This document shows positions 14,201 through 27,689 of a DNA stretch of 64,000 nt, in pieces. Within the stretch, counting starts at the first letter, position 1. The number at the start of each line of letters is the position of its first letter. A model generated the notes under the pieces. That model ran no database searches. It was given only the letters and a program-made list of their open reading frames with translations, and had not been told where the DNA came from. The translations under genes were made by a program, and so were the position numbers. This stretch comes from Octopus sinensis (Eukaryota), in the NCBI RefSeq assembly GCF_006345805.1, contig NC_043017.1, forward strand, positions 23,126,001 through 23,190,000, given 5' to 3'.

Positions 14201-17200
14201 AGTATTAAGCCAGAGGAGTAATCAGTTTCTAAAGAAAATAATCATAAAAACAAAATGTTCCATCAATTAATGCAATCATGAAAGTTTGCATGTAAAAGAC
14301 AAAGGCTGATAAATTACTGACAACAATGAAAAGTTCAGATCTTACTGAAACGTCTATAGTTTGGCTATTTTAAGCCTTAGTACATACCTATAGTACAGCT
14401 AAAGTCTTGTACTTCTTCACATTTATATCATGATACAACTCATACAGTTTAAGGTTTCAGCTGTACCATAGATGAGAAGACTTCAATTAAACTGGAAATA
14501 TTTATACTAAGGGTTACACATCAACCATTGCAAAATTTAAAAATCAGTTGATTTTAAAGTAGTAAATAGGTTGGTGCAAGACCCTAGAGCAGTACTTTAG
14601 GGTGTTAGAAGAGGTACTTCTCAAAACTGTGTTCAAAAGTTGCTGTAGATTAACTAGATCATTAAATTAAGTAAGTTTAATTAAATAAATACCAGTAAAC
14701 AATAAGGACAGGTAGATACAGTATATCATCATGTTTTAGAATAGAGAAAAGAATTCCTTACTTACTTTAAAGTATTCTGTACAAGGAAACCAGCAACAAT
14801 TGCCATGGTGGTAGGAAGGCTAGCAGCACAGACACCCTCTCTCTTTAATGTCTTTTCATCAGTTTTAGTTGCAACAACCAAAGGTGGGGCACACTTGATT
14901 GAAATAAAAAGAAAAAATAAATATAACAAGCAACACACACACACACACACATGATGGCATGTATATATCATATATCCTTAGCTGCTGCAAAAGGCTCTCT
15001 TGGACCTAATTTTAGTGAACAACTGTATATGACATCAAACCATGTATTATTTATCCATAACTCATCCTGTGTTAATGGTCTTGAAAGGCAAGTCACGTGG
15101 AAACATAACAAGTTTCTGCTCCTATTCAACTCTAGTTTAATCACAATGTAAAAAATTTCTCCAGCTGAAACCAAAGATGACAGAGCAAAAGTTTAACAAC
15201 CATAGTTTTGACTATTTATTTCTTACTTAACTGTAGTGTAGCTGAAGTTTTATACCCTGTGTTTTTTGTTTCCAGAGGCTTTGGTTTCTTTTTACTTTAT
15301 TTATATATATAGTAGGCACTGGCATGGTAATTTACCTCCATAAATGTGTTCAACTGTTTTTCTTTAAACAACCTTAACTACAGTACAAAATTTAAGACAT
15401 AATTGAAATCTTAACCCTTTCGTTACTGTATTTATTTTGAGATGCTCTGTGTTTCTTTCAATTACTTTAAATATAACAAAGAATTTAGTAAAATAACTTA
15501 GTTATCATTCAGCTAGTGTTAGGAACATAAATTATGACTAAAGTTTGGTGGTATATTTTAATTCAAAACTTATGAGAACAAGACATTTGTATTACAGAGC
15601 CAGAGCCGGTTTTGGCCGGGTTGGTAACGAAAGGGTTAATCATAATGAAACAAGTCCAAGTGTTATGCTTTCAACAATCTTAAACCAAAATTTAAGCATT
15701 TACAATAATAAAACAATGTTATTTAGAACTATAAATTTATGCATCAAAATATAAGAAAATTTATAAAACATAGCTTCCTTTCGAGTGTTGGGCCTCACGG
15801 AGGCAATGACTAAGACCTCTGACATTATGTCATGTCTGAGAAGAAGAGCTATCAAACCAAGCAAAATTACAGTCATAGCACATACCAGTGGCACGTAAAA
15901 GCACCCCAGTGTCATTGAAATGGCACCCATGCCAGTAGCACGTAAAAGCACCTATTACACTCTCAGAGTGGTTGGCGTTAGCCATAGAAAACCATGCCAA
16001 ATGAAACTGGAGTCTGGTGCAGCCTTCCATCATGACAGTCCAGTCAAACCATCCAATCCATGTCAGCATGGACAACGGACGTCAAATGATGATGATGATG
16101 GGATTTCCATGGGCTCCATTAGTAAAATATAATTCAAACACAATTATTTCTTAAATAACATTTATACAGCATAACTATGAAGTTTTTATATTTACATATG
16201 TATGTATATATGAGTATGTACATTCATGCATGTGTGTGTGTGTGTGTGTACAATAACGTGTGTGCATGCAGATTCACAGAATGAAACATGACTGACTAAT
16301 TTATTCATAACTGCCAAAAGTAAACATGATTTTTTTTTTTTAAATCATATCTAGTCCATCTGAGAGTTATATGTAGAAATGTACCAATGTCTTTTTTCTC
16401 TCCAAAATTAAATAGCTGTAAAATATAAAAGAGATTAAAGATTTTTTTTGTTTTAGTTGGACATAAAAACATGCGTATGAAGAGATAGAATATAAAATGT
16501 TCTTGAAGTTAGACACACACACACAAACAGAAAACAAAAGATATTAAAAAGAATGTTAAAAGATGAAATGGAAAAAAAGGGGCTACAGTAACTTACAGCA
16601 AAGCATGGGGTCTCTCCTGGAATGACAAGCTGAATGTGTCCAGACACAGCATTTTCACTTACTCCAGACTCTATCCAAACTTGACCTAATTCATTACAAG
16701 CCTGTCAAATGATAAACAAAATATTTATTATAATATTTATTAAAGACCCAGGGTGGCAATTCTATGCACTCAAGTTCCCAGGAATTTAACAAATAGTTTT
16801 AAGATACTTACAGTATTGATAGCCATTCTTGCTTCAAAATTATCAACACAACTCAGAACTAAATCCACAGGAGAATTTTCAGTTTTTCCACCAGTTCTGA
16901 TGTAAAAAGTAAACAAATGTATGAGTGTATGTGTTATACATTTTATTTACTATTTTGCACATTACTTAATCATTGTTATATGTTTTATCTTAACCTTTCT
17001 ATAATATGTAATTTTTCTAAATGGTATAATTTAATTTTTCCTTATTGAATTGATAAAAGGTGGGGTTTTTTTCTAATTCATATATATATATTATATTTTG
17101 TGAAATTTGATTTAGTATTTCTAAATTGAATTTTTTCCCTGTAAGTTTGGAATAATATTCCCTCATATTATTATTACTATTATTATATATATATATGCAA

Positions 17201-20200
17201 CAGAAGCAGTAGTACATTAAAATAGCTATCTGTGTATCATATTTAATGTAAATACATTGTGAAAAAGCAAATTTATTGTGGCGTTTGTCTGGAGATAATA
17301 TCTCTTATGAACAGACTGTGCTTAAAACACAAATATATCATGTGATTAAATTAATGCTAGTATTAGATTGGTATTTATTTTTCTGACCTTACAGAGTTGA
17401 AAAGCAAAGTTAACCTTATTGGAATTTGAACTCAGAATTTAAAATGGCGTTTTTAAATCTTGCAAGGCATTTAACCTGCAACTCTCTTGATGCTACCTTC
17501 CATAATAAAACCCAAACAGCATGTTAAAAATTTAAGAAGACTTACTTAATTTTGTTCATAAAATGTTGAAAGTTGTCCATTGTAGTAATGTTGTAATTAA
17601 AGACTTCAAATTGCACATCAGGATTGATTTCTCTGCAAACAGACAGAACAAAGTACTTATACAGAAAAGACTAATCATAAATATTCTAACAGATCAAGTC
17701 AATTATTGTAATAACTCCAACTTTCTCCTTCCCAATATTTCATCTTCCAAATCTCACCCAGCAATGAAATCTGCTCGTCTTGTGCCTGGGAATTTGTGTA
17801 CAATTGAAAACTACAGAGAGAACATTTAATGTGACAATAATCAAGTCTGTTCAGCTCACAAACAGTTCCTGATATCTTCTTTACTTTTTAATTGCTGTAA
17901 TCAACAGCAGTGCAAATGCTTCATAATTACTACCCTTGACTATGATCCTTTAAGGCAGTCTCTGTATACCCACACAAACTAGTAAAAAAATCTTCTCTAA
18001 ACCACACCCTACCGTCTTAAAATGTAAATAGGAAAATGCACTGAGTGATCCACTCATCCTGAAATAAGATGGAGTAGTCATGGTTTGAACTGATTTGTTT
18101 AATTATAGACTTGTTCGCTTTACTCCAACACAAGGGAAAAAGCAAATGATAAAAAGACACTGTGGCCATATAACAACAAAAACAAGGACAACAGTTATAC
18201 AAAATGATATTTGCAAGCAAATTGAGTGTAAGAAAAGAAAAAAAGGTAAGATAACATACTTCAATGTTCTCTCAGCTGCTTCAACTTTACTCATTCCAGC
18301 TTGATGAGGTTGGTAAAATAGCCTGTTCATATTGGCCAGCTCTACTTTATCATAGTCAAACAAAATTAACTGAAACAGAGAATGCACAAAATATTAGATC
18401 TCATGTTGATCAGTGCAGGTCATCTCTTGGTTGAGACTGATGGTCAAACAGAAATTAGTGTATGTGTGTATACACATATCACTATAACACACACACATAT
18501 ATATATACTACTAGTGGCATGAAAAAAATGCACCCAGTACACTCTGCAAAATGGTTGGTATTAAGAAAAGCAACCAGTCATAGAAACCATACTAAAATTC
18601 CATTCCAATTCATTGAATCTCATGGAGTTATACATGCCAGGATGGAAAGCAAATGTAAACTGATGATTCAGACTTAAAGCTAGATGGACTCAGAGACACA
18701 AGCCAGACTAGAAGTTTAAAGATCTATCAAGCAGTCAAAGATTTAGAGAAGTCCCAATTGAAGCATTTAATGAGAATGAAGAGGAGGAGATGGAGATGCA
18801 TAAGAAAGAACGCATAACATATGGGACAGCCTACTGAGAGCAACAGACCAAAATTGTAACTGGTGTAAAGTTTTAGCAAGACCAAGAGTGACATGGTAGT
18901 GGAACAATGAAGTAGACTGACCCATAAAAATGAAGAAACAGGCTTTGAAGAATGGTGACAGCAGAGAATTACACCAGATAGCTAGAAGAGAAGCTAGTTG
19001 ACAGGTATATTTAGTATATTTAGCTAAGGGAGAAACAGAAAGAAAGAAGTATGCCAATGTTCTACATCATGCAGATCAGAGGATAAGGGGTTTGGAATTG
19101 CAAAGCAGCGTATCAGAGAAAATTGAGATATTGTATGACAGAAATGTGTATAGAAGTCGATGAGTTGGTAGAAACGTTAGCATGCCAGGTGAAATGCTTA
19201 GTGGCATTTTGCCTGCCGCTACATTCTGAGTTCAAATTCCACCGAGGTCAACTTTGCCTTTCATCCTTTCGGGGTCGATAAATTAAGTACCAGTTATGCA
19301 CTGGGGGTCGATGGAATCGACTTAATCCGTTTGTCTGTCCTTGTTTGTCCCCTCTGTGTTTAGCCCCTTGTGGGTAGTAAAGAAATAGGTATTTTGTCTG
19401 CCATTACATTCTGAGTTCAAATTCCGCCGAGGTCGACTTTGCCTTTCATCCTTTCAGGGTCGATAAATTAAGTAACAGTTACAAACTGGGGTCGATGTAA
19501 TCGACTTAATCCCTTTGTCTGTTCTTGTTTGTCCCCTCTATGTTTAGCCCCTTGTAGGCAATAAAGAAATAAGAAATGTGTATAGATGGATAAAAGAGCA
19601 GTTGCACTTAGCAATCCTGAAAAGAAAGAGACATGAAAGTACTATGAAAGGCTGCTAAATGTGGAGAAAGCATCTTCTAGATGTTAATCTGATAGAGGGC
19701 CAGCCATTCTAGTTGACAACAGTTTGATAGATAAAGCAGTTAAGGATGTGAAAACAGGGAAAGCCCTTGATCCATCAGGAATTACTGCTGACATACTTTA
19801 AATATCTGATGGAATAGGATATGTCCTAGTCCCCAGTATAGTTAATCCAACTGACTAAATGTTCAAAATAACAGTTAAGGAGCTGAAAGTCTTAATTTAA
19901 ACCCTGTGAAAACACTGGGTTGCCAACCTTGTTTCTGGGTAACAAACAAGTGAGAGATCTAGAGGAAGATAATTTATTAAAGTAAACTATATATACAATA
20001 TATCTATATATTTGAATGAATAACCAAACACAGCGTCCTGGTGGCACGTAAAAAGCACCATCCGATCATGGCCGTTGCCAGCCTCACCTGGCCTCGTGCC
20101 GGTGGCACGTAAAAAGCACCATCTGACCATGGCTGTTTGCCAGCCCCGTCTGGCACGTAAAAAGCACCCACTACACTCATGGAGTGGTTGGCGTTAGGAA

Positions 20201-23200
20201 GGGCATCCTGCCGTAGAAACATTGCCAGATCAGACTGGGCCTGGTGCAGCCTTCTGGCCTCCCAGACCCCAGTTGAACCGTCCAACCCATGCTAGCATGG
20301 AAAGCGGACGCTAAGTGATGATGATGATGATGATGATGACACACATAATCTATGTCTGAACAGATGATACATTGAAACATGTGTATGTACATGCATAACC
20401 CCCAACAAGAGACTGCAAGCTAAATTTAAGACAAAGATGACATGCTGATATGAAGAAGAGAAAGGGGAGAAGGAAGGGAAGCTGCGTTTTCCTTTTTTAT
20501 TTTTTTTAATAATTACCAAAACAACAATAAAAACAAATAAATACCTTTCCAATTCCACATCTTGTCAACATTTCAGCTGTCACACTGCCAACACCTCCAA
20601 CACCAACAACAGCAATAGAAAAATTACGAATATCCTGGAAAAAATATATACATAGAAATATATATATACAATGAGATTGAACCTTTTAAACCCACAGCAA
20701 TACCTGCACCCATAAATATTTGTCTGTGTCACAGAAGATACTTTAACCTGTTGCCTGTCTGAAGCATTTTCATAAGTTTGTCCCAAATGTCCAACGTTTG
20801 TTTTGTGACTTTTAGTTAACCCTTGTTTCATAATACTGAGTATTATAAAGCTTTCCTCTCACAAGTCACTCTGGTGGTTGAAAAAAAGTGGGAACGTGTA
20901 TCATATATGATGCATGGATGCCAAAGAAATTTGATCTGTGTTTCAAATGGTGATACCCAGGACAGGCAAAGAATTAAACTATTTTACAACAATTTACAAA
21001 CTCATATTTTACATATGCACAGGAGTGGCTGTGTGGTGAGTGGTACCTTGGGCAAGTGTCTTCTACTATAGCCTCAGGCCGACCAAAGCCTTGTGAGTGG
21101 ATATGGTAGACGGAAACTGAAAGAAGCCCATCGTATATATGTATATATATGTGTGTCTGTGTTTGTCCCCCTAGCATTGCTTGACAACCGATGCTGGTGT
21201 GTTTATGTTCCCGTTAGTGGTTCGGCAAAAGAGACCGATAGAATAAGTACTGGGCTTACAAAAGAATAAGTCCCGGGTTCGTGTTGCTCAATTAAAAGCG
21301 GTGCTCCAGCATGGCCACAGTCAAATGACTGAAACAAGTAAAAGAGTATATGCTTTAAAAAAAAAAAACTATCTGGTTTTAGTTCTTTCTGCTAATTACT
21401 CAACCACAAAGTAGTAGTAGAACCTTCCAATTGATTAGACAGACTGAAACAAGTAAGGTTCTATACTTTCCCTAAGGGCACAATATAATGACTATATTGA
21501 TATCATGAGCTTAGGGCCATGATGTTAATAGCTATGGCACAACAATGTGAGAGGGAAACTTATGTTGGTCATTGTTTTATAGCAGACTAGCAGCATAGCC
21601 CGGCGTTGCCCGAGTAAGAGTCCCTAGTAGGCAACGACTAATCCCAATCTAGTTCTTTCCCTCCATGGAACGAAGGCGCATGTGTAGGTTGCAATGTCTT
21701 CTCTTCACTCGAATACTTCTATGTATACGATGTTCCTAGCTGTCTCCCGACAGAAAATGTGTTGCATATAAAAAGCTTAGATTCTCGACCCCATGTCGAA
21801 TTTATCGATTTTTTTCAGAACTGGGGGAACTTTTCAAAATTTTCGCTGCATTAGTTTTGAATTATGACATTGGGCTATGTGTGTGTCAAGTTTTATCAGA
21901 ATCGGTTGAAAGCCGTGGTCAGGGTGAGGGTACAACCTGACAGCCACACAGACAGACAAACTGCCGTTTATATATAGAGAGATAACCAAAAGAGGACTTG
22001 CTGCAGCTGGTCATAGTGAGGAAAAGAAATATTGAAAGTCATTGCTTAAAATATGAATAATCTGTAATAATTACAGACAGAGCAGCTTGGGCTTTAGCAA
22101 ACATTACATTAATTACAATCAACAAAACCTCTATACAGATGCTTGATATTTTTATTTATAACATCTTTTTTGCCTTCAACAAACTTTACTTTTATATGAA
22201 ACTAAAAATTACACTCACCTCATAATTGTCAACAATTCCCATACGTTTCAATGCCATTAATCGACTGTTGAGGGGAAATAGAATTATTTTATTAAGAAGA
22301 GATCTAGAATAGCAGAATGTTATACAAAAGAAACAACACTAATTCTTTATAATTATATGCTTTTAGCTTTTCTTCAGTTGTCAGAATTGCTTGTTCTCTT
22401 TTGGGGATTATAATACCCAAATTGTTTCAGAACAAGACTAGAAGTATACCCTTTTATAGAGCTATAACTTCTAACATAGGCTCAAGGATATAATTTATTA
22501 AAATGTCCCCAGTACTTGGCTAGTATTTTATTTTATTGAGCTGTTGGATAGATGAAAGGCAAAGCTAACTTTGGCAGGATCTAAATACCACAAGGAATTC
22601 GTCTGATGTTCTAACAATTCTACCAATCTTTTACCCAAGTATCTAGAACTATTAATTCATCTCTTCTATAGTATTCTGTAATTTTTCTCATACAAGTGAT
22701 TTATTTTAAATACTGACTGAGAAATATAAACAATCTGATGACTGGTTCTGAGTGCACTGAAGTTGAATTAAATCCAGATAGACTGAAAGTATTATCTATC
22801 CATTATTATATTTTTATGTTTTCTCCAAAGTTTGTAATCCCTAAATTGTTTTAGAGTAAGGTTTTTATTTTATAACTGAGTCAGTTACTAATGCAGACCC
22901 TCCTCCCACATTAGTTAAATGAGGGAAGTGAAATTTTTTCACCAAGAAAGAAGGGAGGAAATTATCTTCAAATTGGAAACATAAACCAAATGCTTACAAT
23001 AAAATAAATTCTACAGAAGATAGTAGTGTTAAACTAAGCTGCATGTAATAGATTTGATACACAACCATTATCATTTGATATGTAATCCCCCTAGGAAAAT
23101 ATCAACTATATTCTGGTGTAAGTTTGCAGTGATACAGCATACTGAGTTTATTATTCTGACCAAGATGAAAGGTCTGACAACACAACCTTAATATGATGGT

Positions 23201-24930
23201 GAAAAAGAATCTCCAATTCTGTATAGTTACTAGACCCATAACTGGGATCATCCATTATAGACTAGGGATCTATCAGTAGAAGGGGGATTTTTCTTTCATT
23301 CATTAAGTTCCAATGAAACTAAATTACACACCTGTTAAACACCAGTCCTAAAACTCACTTCAGAGCTGAGAAGGAATTTATGTTATAGTAGGTTTTAAGT
23401 TTCTCAAATTTCTACCTTATACCTAAAATGTCCTGATAAAAACAGTTTGCAATAAACTTGTCTACTTTAGCCATGTCGTAAATGACAAGATTTTAAAACT
23501 GAGCAAAAACTTTCCATAGTTTATTTAAAGAAGAGTAAGCACCACTACACTGACATCTTTCCATAAATATACGAAAAAAGAATAAAATTTTCTCTGGTCT
23601 TACACGAAACGATAGACCTTAAGGAAAATGCTAATCCTAAGCTGGACATAAAGATAATTCAGAACGATGGATTAACAGATTTTCATTTCCTAACACTAGA
23701 AGTTACAAAACTTGGTCATCTGCAGAATCCAGCTGATAGCTGGAGTGCGGCGATGAAGTGCTAATCCACGCTTGTAAAATCAACAATGAATAATGTCTAA
23801 ACATTCCTTCATTACTCTTGACACATAGACACATCTTTATTTATGAATCGTGGACTAGATCAAAGAGTCCGCTAATGTGAACATATCAGACCTAACGATC
23901 ATCATCACCATCTGAATATCTTCTAAACTACAGGAGTTCAGTTTCTAGTTAAGATGGATGTCAACTTTTAGCAATAATAATATTGAGCAATGAATACGTA
24001 GAAAAAGCGCTATACCCAATTTCAGTTCATTTAAAGTTCTTTTTGTTTTTTTTTTTAATTCTCATCATCATAGAAACTACACGTGTTACAGCCGAGTCAG
24101 ACTTAGCGTTAAATGTATGTCCATTGTCATTTCTACGACGTATTTTACAATTTAACTAAGATATACTTTGATTCTGGAAAACAGGTTGGTAATTACCAAA
24201 TCTCTAAATTTGTCAACGTATTAAGTACGATACTTAATTATAGTTCTCCCACGCCTTTGAAAATGGCTTATCCCTCATCACCCACATACATTCATTACGC
24301 ATTACTTGCATAAATAAAAAGGAAAATTTAGAAAGAAAATAAATAAATGAATTAGATTTATAATATGCTGTGGTGTGTATCGAAGTACCAACACTGTTTG
24401 TTTAGTATTAGTTACAAACTTGTATGCAACAATAATTGGTATACCGCTTCATACTAATTAAAGCAAATTTGACATATGGTAGACATTAGAGTCGTTTCAA
24501 CTCAGCACAATGGCAATTTTTGTACGGAAAGGGTATAGATATTCATACCATGAAGGGATGAAATCAAATGTTAAGTCGATATCAGAGGGATCTGAACTCA
24601 GAACAGTTTCAAATTAGATACAGGAATGAATTCAGACCGGTTCGCAGTTGTTTTGATGACCAACACATAGAGCTTACGTTACGGAAAGGCAATTGCTAAT
24701 ACAATTAGGTGAGATAGATATTTCTTGAATGAATAGAAAGATATTACTTGAATGAATAAGTTACGAAGAATAAATATAAATGCTAACCTGTAAGGGTTGG
24801 AATCAACGACTTCGGAGCTCATTACGTCGATTTTCGTTCGTTTGAGACCAGATGTGACATCTTGCTGTTCATAAACAGCCAACTTTTCTTCAAGCTGATG
24901 AATTTTTCGCTGTAATTCTTCAACAGACAT
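11196..24930 (-). CDS. UBA5: Ubiquitin-like modifier-activating enzyme 5 (UFM1 E1), 12 coding exons: join(24930-24788,22264-22219,20634-20545,18369-18260,17632-17546,16896-16812,16701-16597,14893-14766,13350-13215,12994-12916,12235-12126,11273-11196); 1197 nt, 398 aa
   Basis: Manual splicing: all 11 introns are GT..AG, phases are consistent and the frame is open from ATG to TAG. Translation shows [45 protein letters not shown], catalytic [11 protein letters not shown], Zn ligands CFAC and CDDRFC, and a C-terminal [12 protein letters not shown] helix. Confidence 0.97.
12126..12235 (-). CDS. UBA5: UBA5 exon 11 ([37 protein letters not shown], 110 nt)
   Basis: cctcag| acceptor, |gtaagg donor; IELVSE and AYT motifs. 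Confidence 0.94.
12916..12994 (-). CDS. UBA5: UBA5 exon 10 ([26 protein letters not shown], 79 nt)
   Basis: ttccag| acceptor, |gtaagt donor; phase 1. Confidence 0.94.
13215..13350 (-). CDS. UBA5: UBA5 exon 9 ([45 protein letters not shown], 136 nt)
   Basis: acacag| acceptor, |gtgaga donor; absent from ORF track. Confidence 0.96.
14766..14893 (-). CDS. UBA5: UBA5 exon 8 with catalytic Cys ([42 protein letters not shown], 128 nt)
   Basis: atcaag| (AAG-type) acceptor, |gtaagt donor. Confidence 0.96.
15415..15635. mobile_element. piggyBac-type MITE (same family, opposite orientation) in UBA5 intron 7
   Basis: TTAA|CCCTTTCGTTAC...GTAACGAAAGGG|TTAA. Confidence 0.82.
16597..16701 (-). CDS. UBA5: UBA5 exon 7 ([35 protein letters not shown], 105 nt)
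   Basis: tgacag| acceptor, |gtaagt donor. Confidence 0.96.
16812..16896 (-). CDS. UBA5: UBA5 exon 6 ([28 protein letters not shown], 85 nt)
   Basis: catcag| acceptor, |gtaagt donor. Confidence 0.96.
17546..17632 (-). CDS. UBA5: UBA5 exon 5 ([28 protein letters not shown], 87 nt)
   Basis: ttgcag| acceptor, |gtaagt donor. Confidence 0.96.
18260..18369 (-). CDS. UBA5: UBA5 exon 4 ([36 protein letters not shown], 110 nt)
   Basis: tttcag| acceptor, |gtatgt donor. Confidence 0.96.
19161..19573 (+). mobile_element. SINE family A head-to-tail partial dimer in UBA5 intron 3
   Basis: Full unit 19161-19388 followed by a second unit lacking the A box; flanked by agaaatgtgtataga duplication. Confidence 0.85.
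20030..20340 (+). mobile_element. SINE/LINE 3' end with ggcacgtaaaaagcacc internal repeats and (GAT)n tail
   Basis: Related copy at 15770-16101; ggagtggttggcgttaggaagggcatcc core. Confidence 0.75.
20545..20634 (-). CDS. UBA5: UBA5 exon 3 ([30 protein letters not shown], 90 nt)
   Basis: ttccag| acceptor, |gtattt donor; GxGGVG nucleotide-binding loop. Confidence 0.96.
21587..21982 (-). mobile_element. Non-autonomous Helitron, distinct family, in UBA5 intron 2
   Basis: 5' TCTCTCTATATATAAA; 3' cgggcaacgccggg hairpin plus CTAG; A|T site. Confidence 0.75.
22219..22264 (-). CDS. UBA5: UBA5 exon 2 ([16 protein letters not shown], 46 nt)
   Basis: caacag| acceptor, |gtgagt donor; absent from ORF track. 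Confidence 0.96.
24788..24930 (-). CDS. UBA5: UBA5 coding exon 1 (MSVEELQRK...VVDSNPY, 143 nt)
   Basis: ATG at 24930; donor AG|GTTAGC; phase 2. Confidence 0.95.
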
Positions 24931-25130
24931 CTTTGTAATATATTGTTATTCTTTGTTATTAATCCAAAAGTAATGGTGTTGCTTTGTTTGGCTGTTTTTA
25001 AAGGATAATTTACAAGAATAACAATGTAATCCAAACACACCAACGTCCGTGTCTCCAAACGATTACGTGTTATAAAGGGAAATAAGTCAAGCAATCAATT
25101 CGTATTGTTGTCAATTACCTCCCTTAGAGA
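24931..25130 (-). promoter_or_regulatory. Probable UBA5 5' UTR and core promoter
   Basis: Unique sequence between the start codon and the SINE at 25183; TSS not determinable from sequence. Confidence 0.45.
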
Positions 25131-25182
25131 TAGTTATCAGTGACAAGATGTAAATGTTACAAGGAAGACTGTATTAAACATC

Positions 25183-25503
25183 GAGAGGGCGCGTGGCTTA
25201 GTGGTTAGGGCATTCGGCTCATGATCGTAAGGTTGTGAGTTCGATTCCCGGCGACGCGTTGTGTCCTTGAGCAAGACACTTTATTTCATGTTGCTCCAGT
25301 CCACTCAGCTGGCAAAAATGAGTTGTACTTGTATTTCAAAGGGTCAGCCTTGTCACTCTCTGTGTCACGCTGATTATCCCCGAGAACTACGTTAAGGGTA
25401 CACGTGTCTGTGGAATGCTCAGCCATTTGCACGTTAATTTCACGAGCAAGCTGTTCCGTTGATCGTATCAGCTGGGACCCTCGTCGTCGTAACCGGCGGA
25501 GTC
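25183..25503 (+). mobile_element. tRNA-derived SINE sharing its 3' half with family C
   Basis: A box tggcttagtgg, B box gagttcgattccc; TSD taaacatc. Confidence 0.85.
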
Positions 25504-25535
25504 TTTAAAAAAATAAACATCTTAAGAGTGTAGAG

Positions 25536-25810
25536 CAGTGGATCCCAAAGCAGGCGGTGAAAAGATCCATTTGTGGAGCGGGGTGCATTGAAGAAAATTG
25601 GAGCGATTAGGGGAAAACCAAAAGGAGACGATGAATGTATAAACAACAAAATAATGGGTTAATTAGGTTAAGTTTTATTTGTGAAATACGTTTATTTTGA
25701 ATTTGCTTCAAAAAGTGGTCAATGTACGTGGTGATGAGTGGGAGGTGGGCGCTAGGAACGTGGCCTGCGTGCCAAGAGGGCCGCATCGCGAAAATATTTG
25801 GGAACCACTG
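25536..25810. mobile_element. hAT (Charlie/Buster-type) MITE
   Basis: TIR CAGTGGATCCCAAA / TTTGGGAACCACTG; 8-bp TSD gtgtagag / atgtagag. Confidence 0.8.
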
Positions 25811-25904
25811 ATGTAGAGGAAGAAGTGTCTGAGCTGATAATGTATAAAACACATACATACATACATACATACATACATACACACATACATACATACATAC
25901 ATAC

Positions 25905-26230
25905 ATGATGATGATGGCCGTCCACTCGTGACCGAGTTAGACCATTGCCGACCTTCAGGAACATTGTGCGCTCTAGGACTAACTTATATTTTGCATTTGC
26001 GGTTCCGTTGGTGGCTAATGAGCCCTGCTCTTGACAAGCATACACGACTGCAAACATTGCAGACCAAACTTACCCCATTCACTATACGAGCCGTGCGCTT
26101 TTGCACAGCTCGCTTAAGTTCTTCATGCTGGATACGTGCTCTCTCAAAAGTGTCGATCCCCTCCTTAACCTGCTTCCTCCATCTGTGGCGATGACAGGCA
26201 TTGTTCTCCCAGTCAGTGTCCTGCATATCA
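25905..26230 (-). mobile_element. RTE-clade LINE 3' end, shorter near-identical copy
   Basis: Reverse complement of ~29928-30248; (CAT)n tail; embedded in (CATA)n. Confidence 0.85.
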
Positions 26231-26280
26231 CATACATACATACATACATACATACATACATACATACACACATACATGCA

Positions 26281-26606
26281 AGGATCTAACAATAATTGTC
26301 ACTATCTGCACTTTCTGCATTTTCCATAGCCAGGCTATTTCGTACTCAAGAAAATTGTATATATCTATTTTTTTCGCCCTCCTTCTTGACTATTCGTGAG
26401 TCAGAGGGGCATGCAACTTCAACTATACAGCACACGTGGTGCACCTTGTCCACCACCACTAGGTCTGGTTTGTTATGCTCAAGCACATGATCTGTTTGGA
26501 TTGAGAAATCCCACAGGATTTTGCAGGTTTTTGACTCCGCCATTCTCTACGGTTTCTGCTCATACTACGACTTGCCACTTTCTTTGCCATCTCCAATGTA
26601 GCACTT
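26281..26606 (-). mobile_element. R4/Dong-clade LINE fragment (restriction-like endonuclease)
   Basis: KILWDFSIQTDHVLEHNKPDLVVVDK...IVEVACPSDSRIVKKEGEK, a PD-(D/E)xK motif, abutting an (AAT)n array. Confidence 0.8.
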
Positions 26607-26629
26607 TATTATTATTATTATTATTATTA

Positions 26630-26680
<51 letters not shown>

Positions 26681-26708
26681 CATTATTATTATTATTATTA
26701 TATTATTA

Positions 26709-26765
<57 letters not shown>
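26607..26765. repeat. (ATT)n microsatellite
   Basis: Directly visible; similar arrays at 31838-32009 and 41806-41858. Confidence 0.95.
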
Positions 26766-26770
<5 letters not shown>

Positions 26771-27689
26771 TTGACTTAGGATATTAGTCTTATACATAGT
26801 AGAATTATTTACACGGGTAGCTAGTTACTCATCCTTGCAATCTCAAATTTTAAGGGGTTGCAGTTTTTCAACTTCTTTCTTCACAATCCGAATATCAAAT
26901 GGATATGATGAATCAATTAAATTCGATTTTCCTTGTCTGTTACTATCTGGCTTATGTTCCATCATCTTAACTGTTTGAATGGGAAAATCCCACAAAATCT
27001 TGTTTCTGACTCACGTACATTTCTAGCTAATGTTCTTCCTGCTTCAAACACCATGGGTCTGGAACTGTGGATTGGACAAAAGACGAAGTGCAGAAACCTG
27101 ACATATCATCCTTCTCCTCCTCCTCATCATTATTATCATCATCATCATCATCATCAAAGTGGTTAGCTGGCAGAATCATTACCGCGCTGGGCAAAATACT
27201 TAGCGGCATTTCGTCCACCTTTACGTTCTGAGTTCGAATTCCGCGAGGTCGACTTTGCTTTTCATCTTTTCGGGGTCGATAAAATAAGTACCAGTTGAGC
27301 ATTAGAGTCGATGTAATCGAATTCTCATGCTTCAAGATTGCTGGCCTTGTGCCCAAAAAGGAAGGATTATTATTATTATTATCATCATCATCATCATCAT
27401 CATCATCATTGTTATTATTGTTGTTATTGTTGTTATACTACATTTGAACATCTGAGAAAGGGGGTATATGAATACTATGATCTGATACAAACAAATAAAT
27501 GTTATTGCATTATAAGGTTGTTGCTGCGGACAAGTTGTAGGTGACATATCCATAAGCTGGAAATATACCACAAATGAGATTTCAGCAAAACCATGAGAGT
27601 ATCCAGTGGCAGAGCAAAGAAAATGTCAGCGTGCCCGAACGAGCCAATATTTCCCCGGATTAAAACAACGATTACACGATATCAGTTTC

